Assembly: GCA_963804955.1 (NCBI GenBank)
Contig: CAWDSQ010000021.1
Location: forward strand, 1 to 36,634
Origin: an uncultured delta proteobacterium
Lineage (GTDB): Bacteria > Desulfobacterota > WTBG01 > CAIYCZ01 > CAIRTM01
Direction: 5' to 3'
Length of the DNA: 36,634 nucleotides
Position 1 is the first letter of the stretch, and each line of letters starts with the position of its first letter. The translations under genes were made by a program, and so were the position numbers. Positions 30,150 through 36,634 of the stretch are shown one piece after another. Under the pieces are notes generated by a model. That model was not told the origin of the DNA. It did no database searches and saw only the letters and a list, made by a program, of their open reading frames with translations.

Positions 30150-31415
30150 TTACATGCCCCTGAATACGATGCAGCAGTTCGTGCCGCCAAAGCCGAATGC
30201 GTTTGAGAGCGCTATTTCATAGTTCTGTTTTCGTGCAGCGTTGGGCACGAAGTCAAGGCCGTCATACTGGGGATCATGCAGATAATTTATTGTCGGCAGA
30301 AGCATCCCCTGCCGCATGGCTTCGATGGTCAGCGCCGCTTCAATGGCAGCCGTCGCGCCAAGGCTGTGGCCGAGCTGCGATTTGTTTGAAGATATGGGGA
30401 TATGTGCAAGCCCCTTCCCGAACACCGTTCGCAAGCACTCAATCTCAGCTGCGTCACCCGTGGGCGTTGATGTGCCATGGGCATTGATATACTGGACATC
30501 CGCCGCTGTCAAGCCGGCATCGTCAATGGCATCGACAATCGCCCGGATCACGGTCTCTTTGTTTGGCCGGATGAAATGGTGGGCATCCGATGTCCAGCCC
30601 ACGCCAAGAACCTCGGCCTTTGAGTTAAGGCCATAGGCCGCAAGCATTTCCTCTGCCGCAAGAACCAGCACGCCGCCGCCCTCGGAAAGCACAAACCCCT
30701 TGCTGTCGATGCTGAAAGGCCGCGAGGCCTGACCGGGGTCGGCAAAAGCCCGGTCACGCTCATTTATTTTTATAGTGGCGTTCATGTTGGCAAAGCCCTG
30801 TATGATCTCGGGCATGAGCGGCATCTCCACCCCGCCTGCCAGCACAAAGTCGCAGTCGCCATCGCGGATCATACGCGCCCCCAGGCCGATGGCATGGTTG
30901 CCCGAGGCACATGCCCCCTGCGGCGAAAATATGGGGCCGGTGAATCCAAGCAGCATCCCCGCCTTGCCCGCAGGCACATTGGCGCAAAGGTTTGGCAGCA
31001 GATAGGGGCTCACCTTCAGGGGGCCCCGCTCTTTCAGGTTATCCACAGCCACGCGCATGGCATCAGAGCCGTTGATGGCTGATCCGATGAGGCATGCCGT
31101 GCGCGGGCCGGTATCTTTGTTCATCTCAAGTCCGGCGCTTGCAAGCGCCTCCTTGCATACGGCCATAGTGAGCATCACAAACGCGGCATTCCAATTATAG
31201 ACTTCCTTTTTGGTGGTAAAATCAAAACCTTCCGGGTTCCAGTCCGGTATCTCGCCCACCACATCGGCAGGGGTCTTTACCTCGCAGCGGCTGACTTTAC
31301 GGAACCCGGCCTCGCCGTGCACCGCGCGCTGCCAGGTCCGGGCAAAGTCCAGCCCCAGCGGCGTCGCCGCTCCGTAGCCGATCACAAACACGCGTCTGTT
31401 CTTTGGTGCTTTCAT
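30150..31415 (-). CDS. Beta-ketoacyl-ACP synthase (FabF-type KS 2)
   Basis: GACASG, NAHGTST, KSQLGHS, NAFGFGGTN. Confidence 0.92.
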   Translation of the reverse strand: MKAPKNRRVFVIGYGAATPLGLDFARTWQRAVHGEAGFRKVSRCEVKTPADVVGEIPDWNPEGFDFTTKKEVYNWNAAFVMLTMAVCKEALASAGLEMNKDTGPRTACLIGSAINGSDAMRVAVDNLKERGPLKVSPYLLPNLCANVPAGKAGMLLGFTGPIFSPQGACASGNHAIGLGARMIRDGDCDFVLAGGVEMPLMPEIIQGFANMNATIKINERDRAFADPGQASRPFSIDSKGFVLSEGGGVLVLAAEEMLAAYGLNSKAEVLGVGWTSDAHHFIRPNKETVIRAIVDAIDDAGLTAADVQYINAHGTSTPTGDAAEIECLRTVFGKGLAHIPISSNKSQLGHSLGATAAIEAALTIEAMRQGMLLPTINYLHDPQYDGLDFVPNAARKQNYEIALSNAFGFGGTNCCIVFRGM

Positions 31416-31552
31416 GAAATCTTATTTATACCCATGTTCTAAATCCAAAATATATTCAATGTAGGCTGGGCAGAGTCCGCCAACCCGGATGAGGTTATTG
31501 CCTGTGTAAAAAGCTTTTTGGCCTTCAGCAGCCTTATAACATCGTGCCGGTT

Positions 31553-32239
31553 TTACTCTTTCAACAGCATGCACTGGTATTTTGTTGTTATTATAGGGAC
31601 CTCTTTCTTGCCGGCAAGAAATTCATCAATAGCTTTTTTTACCCCCGGACAGCCCCTCCACTCATAATCATCAAACACCATAACTCCGCCGGATACCATC
31701 CTCGGATAGAAAAATTCCATGCAGTTCTTTACGGATTGGTAAATATCCACATCAACATAGACAAAGCAAAATTTTTTATCTTTGACCGTCTCTGCCGTTT
31801 CAGGAAAAAATCCAGGGTGAAACACAACATTGCTGCAGTCGCTGAGAAAACTTTTTACTGCTTCTATGGAAGTATCCAAAAAATCACCTTTGCTGTGAAC
31901 ATCTATTCCGCACACCACATCAGGCATCCCTGCAAAGGTATCAAAAATATGGACCTTTTTTTGGGGACAGGTTTTAGAAATTATTTTCGCTGTCCCGCCT
32001 TTGTAGACACCGACCTCCGCCATGTCTCCATCTTTGCCAGCGGCGTATTTGGCCATTTGATACAGCATAAAACACCGGTCCTGTGAGACCAAAGTGCGAG
32101 TTTCCATTTCTTTGAATACCTGCTGAAAAAAACCACTGTTGCTCCACGGTTCAGGCAACATCCGATCATATGTTTTTACCTGCAAACCAGCAAATTGAAA
32201 AATCTTTTTTACCGCCTTCTCAATTTTTGAATGGTTCAT
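31553..32239 (-). CDS. TylF/MycF/NovP-family SAM-dependent O-methyltransferase
   Basis: GDMAEVGVYKGG, FDTFAGMP, GFFPET, VDVDIY, GGVMVFDDY, GVKKAIDEF. Confidence 0.88.
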   Translation of the reverse strand: MNHSKIEKAVKKIFQFAGLQVKTYDRMLPEPWSNSGFFQQVFKEMETRTLVSQDRCFMLYQMAKYAAGKDGDMAEVGVYKGGTAKIISKTCPQKKVHIFDTFAGMPDVVCGIDVHSKGDFLDTSIEAVKSFLSDCSNVVFHPGFFPETAETVKDKKFCFVYVDVDIYQSVKNCMEFFYPRMVSGGVMVFDDYEWRGCPGVKKAIDEFLAGKKEVPIITTKYQCMLLKE

Positions 32240-32333
32240 TGCTTTCAACCTTTTGATTCAAGAGTTTGCAGCATGCGCATCGCGCACCATTTTGCTGCAG
32301 CAGATTTATCGTTATTGCATTCACAGCATCATA

Positions 32334-33587
32334 CTATGCCACGCGCCGCAGGACAATACAGGAATTGCATCCGCCGAAGCCGAAGGCGTTTTTCAACACA
32401 TGCTCCTGCTGTAGTTTCCGAGCGCCTTCGGCTACGCAGTCAATTTCAATTTCCGGATCGGGAGTGTAATTGATGGTGGGCAGCAGCGTGTCGGCCAGCA
32501 TGCCCTCCATGGCAAATATTGTTTCAATGGCGCTTGAAGCGCCCATGGCATGGCCGGTCTGCGACTTGTTGGCGCTCACCGGCGGTATACGGCCGCCAAA
32601 TATCTCTTTAAGTGCATCGGCCTCGACTTTATCACCGACCTTTGTCGATGTGCCGTGGGCATTGACTGCGGCAATGTCAGCAGGGGCAAGGCCTGCATGC
32701 TCGATGCTCTGGCTGATGCAGCGCTTAACGGTTTCAAAATTCGGTGCAACGAAATGGTGGGCATCGGAGGTCATGGCCCAGCCTGCCATCTCGATTTTAG
32801 GCATTAGGCCGTGAGCTTGGGCAAAAGCTTTTGTGGCGATAATCATGCAGCCCGCACCTTCGGCAACCACAAACCCCCGGCGGTTTATTGAAAACGGACG
32901 GCTTGCCTTTTCCGGCGGCTCATGTTCCTGCCCCTCTTTGGGATGGTAGGCGCCGTTCATGGTGGCAAACCCGCCGACGATCGGCTCGACAAGGGCAAAA
33001 TCAACAGCGCCGCAGATGACCACATCGGCCATGCCCTGCTGCAGCATCATGGCGCCTGCTATCATGGAGGTTGCGCCCGTGGCGCAGGCGGTAATGGTTG
33101 CCATGATGGGGCCGGTGGCGCCGGTCATGATGGATACTTTGCCGCCGACCATATTGATGCATGAGTTGGGATTGGTGAAGGGATGGGGCAGTTTATTCTT
33201 ATCATTTAAAAGCCTGTCGGCGCTGATGACCGCGTCGAGGCCGCCGACAGCTGAGCTGAACGTGATGCCCACGCGGGGAGCAAGGTCAGGCGAAATAACG
33301 ATGCCGCTTTTTTCAAGGGCCCGGTGTACGGTGAGAAGGCCGTATTTAAAAATGGGTGAGGTAAAGAGCGCCATGTCGCGCGAGGTGAGATAGGGATAGG
33401 GCGTCAGATCAATATCCGCCACCTGCCCTGCGATGCGAACGGGAAAATTTTCGCGAAGGGGAAAGCGCGTGAGCGGCCCGATGCCGCTTTCGCCAGCGCA
33501 GGCCCGCTGCCACTGGCCGGCAAGATCAGTACCGAGGGCTGATACGGCATCGTAGCCGAGTATGACCGGGAGGGAATCATTGCGCAT
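32334..33587 (-). CDS. Beta-ketoacyl-ACP synthase (FabF-type KS 1)
   Basis: TACATG, NAHGTST, KSQTGHA, NAFGFGGCN. Confidence 0.92.
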   Translation of the reverse strand: MRNDSLPVILGYDAVSALGTDLAGQWQRACAGESGIGPLTRFPLRENFPVRIAGQVADIDLTPYPYLTSRDMALFTSPIFKYGLLTVHRALEKSGIVISPDLAPRVGITFSSAVGGLDAVISADRLLNDKNKLPHPFTNPNSCINMVGGKVSIMTGATGPIMATITACATGATSMIAGAMMLQQGMADVVICGAVDFALVEPIVGGFATMNGAYHPKEGQEHEPPEKASRPFSINRRGFVVAEGAGCMIIATKAFAQAHGLMPKIEMAGWAMTSDAHHFVAPNFETVKRCISQSIEHAGLAPADIAAVNAHGTSTKVGDKVEADALKEIFGGRIPPVSANKSQTGHAMGASSAIETIFAMEGMLADTLLPTINYTPDPEIEIDCVAEGARKLQQEHVLKNAFGFGGCNSCIVLRRVA

Positions 33588-33632
33588 ACAGGAACCGCAA
33601 AATCATGGATTCACCTCTTTGTGTTCTGTCCC

Positions 33633-33704
33633 GCAGGGTGGGTGAACCCCACCACTATTGCGAATGACAAAAAACGGTGGGTTCCGCTTCGCTGCACCCA
33701 CCCT
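33633..33704. repeat. REP doublet (REPIN-like), same family as 23946-24019
   Basis: gcagggtgggtgaaccccacc ... ggtgggttccgcttcgctgcacccaccct. Confidence 0.72.
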
Positions 33705-33755
33705 TCTCCCAGCTACAGCCTACAGGCTCTGATAGCCTAACAGCCTGTTTGCCGC

Positions 33756-34756
33756 TCACCAGGGAATAAAGCGGTAGAGCTTGGCAAACATCTCGTACAC
33801 CTCTATCCAGCTCTTAAGATCATCGGCTGTTTTGAGATGCTCTTTCTTATTGACCATGACCCAGCTCATATGCGCCGCGCCGTCTTTGCAGGTGGAGCAG
33901 TCGCGCGTGGCAGAGGTGCAGCAACGGTGCATGGTCTGCAAGATCAGCGGCCCAGCGGATGAAGCGAATAAGGCGCTTGGGCTGAGGGTTGCGCGTGTCC
34001 ATGGGCTCGGTCACCGAGGGGCATTCAAGCCACCCGAAACGGCTGCCCATCATCATGCCCGTGGTGATGATTTCGTGATAGTATTTGCAGGAGATAAGCG
34101 TTTCCGGGTAGGCATCAAGAAGGGCATCCATCTCGGCGCGCACATCTTTGAGCTGCTGCTCATTCCACGAGAACCCGTCGACCTCTTCGTCATTTGACAG
34201 AAGTTGCAGATGCACTTTCAGCCCGACGTCTTGTATCTTCTTGACCATGCGGTCGATGCGGCCGAGTTGTTTCGGGGTGATGGTGTAGAGATAGTAGGTA
34301 TAGGGGTCGCCGGCATAGTTACGGCTTGAAACGGCAAAGGTATCTTTGCCGCGCAGCAGCTTTTCATCCTCCTCATCGCCCCAGAGCGATATGCCAACCA
34401 TCAGATCGGGAAAACGGTCGCGCGGCACCTTGATCTGGCCATTGCTGGCACAGAAGGTGGGCAGGCGCTTGTAGAAGGCGTCTATCCGGTCAAGACAGAG
34501 CGTGGGCTCGCCGCCGATGAGAATGGCAAGGTTGACGCCGCGCTCTTTTTCCCGCTCCACAAAGGCTTCCCAGGCGGCAATGCTCATCTCCTCGGGCGCG
34601 GCCTGATCTTCATCGGATGAAAAAAAGAAGCAGCCCTTGCACCGCAGGTTGCAGCGGTTTGTAACATCGTAGATGGAGCTTCGGATATTGAGGCTTGCTA
34701 TGCGCTTGTAGCGCGCATACCAGTCCTTGATCGAGCATTGAGCTTATGAGTTGCAT
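33756..34756 (-). CDS. Radical SAM enzyme B (frameshifts near 34727 and 33941)
   Basis: Reconstructed MQLISSMLD/DWYARYKRIASLNIRSSIYDVTNRCNLRCKGCFFF (CX3CX2C, missed by the ORF track), IGGEPTL, ASNG, and C-terminal CP...CCTSATRDCSTCK. Confidence 0.88.
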
Positions 34757-34855
34757 AATTATAATCTGTAGCTGTGCGCATAGACTGTAGGAGTGTGCAT
34801 TCAGCCGCGAAACCATCGCGCTTAATTGCGCTCTAAAACAAATTGAAAGTGCGCC

Positions 34856-35942
34856 CTACGCACATCTGCAAACACTCACACTCTGCGGCGGCTCAACAGG
34901 CCCGCGGCAGAGGTTCTCTCCTTTTTCATACCCCGTGACCCAGACGGCAAGATAGGTATCCACATAATCAAGCCATGCTTTGAAGGTATCAGGATCGGTT
35001 GCATGGCGGTAGAGCTTTGAGGTTACCACGGCGCTGCCTGCGGCATAATGCCTGCAATCGGCGCAGTCCGTATCAGGCACGCAGCAGGACGCGCTGCGGT
35101 CCCAGGTCAGATCCGAGCGGTACTGCCGGAATGAACGCCCCAGGCCGATATCGGCTGACTGGTTCATGCGCGGATACGGGCAGCCGTAGAGCCTGTGCAG
35201 CCCCAGCCGGTGCGAGTGGGCAACAGCGCTGTAGGGCGAAAAAAACATCTGCCGCGGATATGCGGCCAGCAGCTCAAGCATGGCCCTTCGCATCCGGGCA
35301 AGCGACGTCTTGCGTGTGCCGCAATGCTCCGGTGTAGCCGACCGGCGCAGAGAACACATTGAAGGTGACCTTGCAGTCATGTGCTGCAAGAAGGTCGATC
35401 ACCGGGCCTGCTTCATCGATATTGTCATGCGTAAAGGTATACACAAACACGGTCCGGCTGTCGCCCCGGTAATTATCCAGCTGCTTCTCAAGCATATCCT
35501 TCTGTTTGCGCACCCGCAGGCTTGTGGCGTCATTTCCCCAGACCGACACGTGAATCTTGTGCCCCACCGATTGTTCGATACGCTTCACCCCGTTGGTGGC
35601 AATGCAGCCAAGCGGAATCTCGTCATAACAGGCCTGCAGAAGCTCGGGAACAAGGGCAGGCTCGGCACCGGCCAGCACCACGAAGGTGATGCCGCGTGCC
35701 TTCTCGTCGCGCATAAGCTTGCGCCAGGCTTGAGGGTCGCCCTTGTCGGCTGTAAACTGCTTGTCGCCGGCATAGTAGTAGCAACCGTCGCACCGGATAT
35801 TGCAACGGTGGGTCATGTCATAGGTTGATTCGCGCAGGAAGAAATACGTGCGCACCCGCTCCCAGCGTTCGCGCACGGCAGGCTCTGCAAGCAGGTCGGC
35901 AAATCTGTATTTCGGGGTCGAGGAGGGCTGTTCTGCGCTCAT
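34856..35942 (-). CDS. Radical SAM enzyme A (frameshift near 35310)
   Basis: YDMTHRCNIRCDGCYYY (CX3CX2C), AGAEPAL, ATNG, and C-terminal CP...CCVPDTDCADCR. Confidence 0.88.
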
Positions 35943-35957
35943 AATGCGATGGGCGTA

Positions 35958-36230
35958 TCAGGCTTTTGCCTGAAGCCGCTCCTGAATATAGCCCGCTATA
36001 AGGCGTATGGCGCGCAGTTTGGGATAGTCGTCCTCATCGATCTTGACGGCGTACTCATCCTGCAGCACCAGCACGATGGTGGCAAGGTCCATGCTGTCGA
36101 TACCGATTTCATCCACAAGATCAAGATCAGGATCAAACGTTTCCGCCGTGATATCCTGCAGCTTCAGTTCGCTGATTATGATTTGCGCGACACGCAGCTG
36201 AAGCTCTTTTTCATTAATACCAGCAGACAT
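35958..36230 (-). CDS. Acyl carrier protein 1
   Basis: 90 aa, acidic, GIDSMDL motif; GGAGG RBS. Confidence 0.9.
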   Translation of the reverse strand: MSAGINEKELQLRVAQIIISELKLQDITAETFDPDLDLVDEIGIDSMDLATIVLVLQDEYAVKIDEDDYPKLRAIRLIAGYIQERLQAKA

Positions 36231-36243
36231 TCAACCTCCTTCA

Positions 36244-36633
36244 TTAACAGACAGTTGTTTTATTATCAGAGTATCCGGCAAGCGGCTCAAGATGTATGAT
36301 GCCGGTGCAGGCCGCCTCGCCGGCCAGCAGAATCGTGAAAGCATATAAGACCCCGCTTTCCTTCTGTTCGCGCTTGAGCGCCAGCGTAAAGGGCTCATCA
36401 GGCCGGACCGGCTTTTTAAACCGTACCCTTTTTACAGCTTTCAGCCGTATGCGATGCCCCCCGCCCGCCTCTTTTTCCCTCGCAGCGTCAAAGGCCATGG
36501 CAATCATGGCGATGCCGGGCAGTATCGGCTGGCCGGGGAAGTGCCCGTCAAACCATGGGGACCCGGCAGGCGCTGCCGCGCGGGCTTCCAGGCTGTCTTC
36601 ATGTATACTGCCAATTTCAAGTTTTTGCCAGAC
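36244..36633 (-). CDS. Hotdog-fold 3-hydroxyacyl-ACP dehydratase (FabZ/ApeI-like), 5' end outside the window
   Basis: Frame is open to the window edge: ...SPWFDGHFPGQPILPGIAMI...VRFKKPVRP. Confidence 0.8.
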   Translation of the reverse strand, partial: VWQKLEIGSIHEDSLEARAAAPAGSPWFDGHFPGQPILPGIAMIAMAFDAAREKEAGGGHRIRLKAVKRVRFKKPVRPDEPFTLALKREQKESGVLYAFTILLAGEAACTGIIHLEPLAGYSDNKTTVC

Positions 36634-36634
36634 T

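Noticed and set aside
26849..36634. Calling the cluster a standard aryl-polyene or ladderane cluster outright
   Set aside because: No CLF, aromatic-starter ligase or B12-radical-SAM is visible in the window, and the cluster is truncated; the product cannot be assigned from sequence alone.

Overview
Bacterial chromosomal window, moderately GC-rich. Gene content and repeat families suggest an anaerobic Desulfobacterota/deltaproteobacterium-like organism (inference). It looks like an unpolished long-read assembly, because at least 12 otherwise intact reading frames are repaired by removing one base. Left to right: end of a probable GT2 gene, ttcA, a DUF559 remnant inside nested repeats, polA, an AT-rich island with three toxin-antitoxin pairs and a SemiSWEET, pgi, recJ, an ornithine decarboxylase + deoxyhypusine-synthase-like operon, a metallophosphoesterase, an MBL-rhodanese + two YeeE genes, split purine ring-closure genes (PurO-like + AICARFT-only PurH), a frameshift-riddled secreted seven-repeat beta-propeller protein, and an acyl-CoA dehydrogenase-EtfB-(ferredoxin)EtfA-flavodoxin operon. 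From 26.8 kb to the window end is a minus-strand type II FAS/PKS-like cluster: dehydratase, two ACPs, two paralogous radical SAM enzymes, three intact ketosynthases, a TylF methyltransferase, a thioesterase and a lysophospholipid acyltransferase. This twin-radical-SAM lipid cluster is the best candidate for an undescribed system. Intergenic spaces hold several MITE/REP-like families, some nested. No rRNA, tRNA or CRISPR array was seen.
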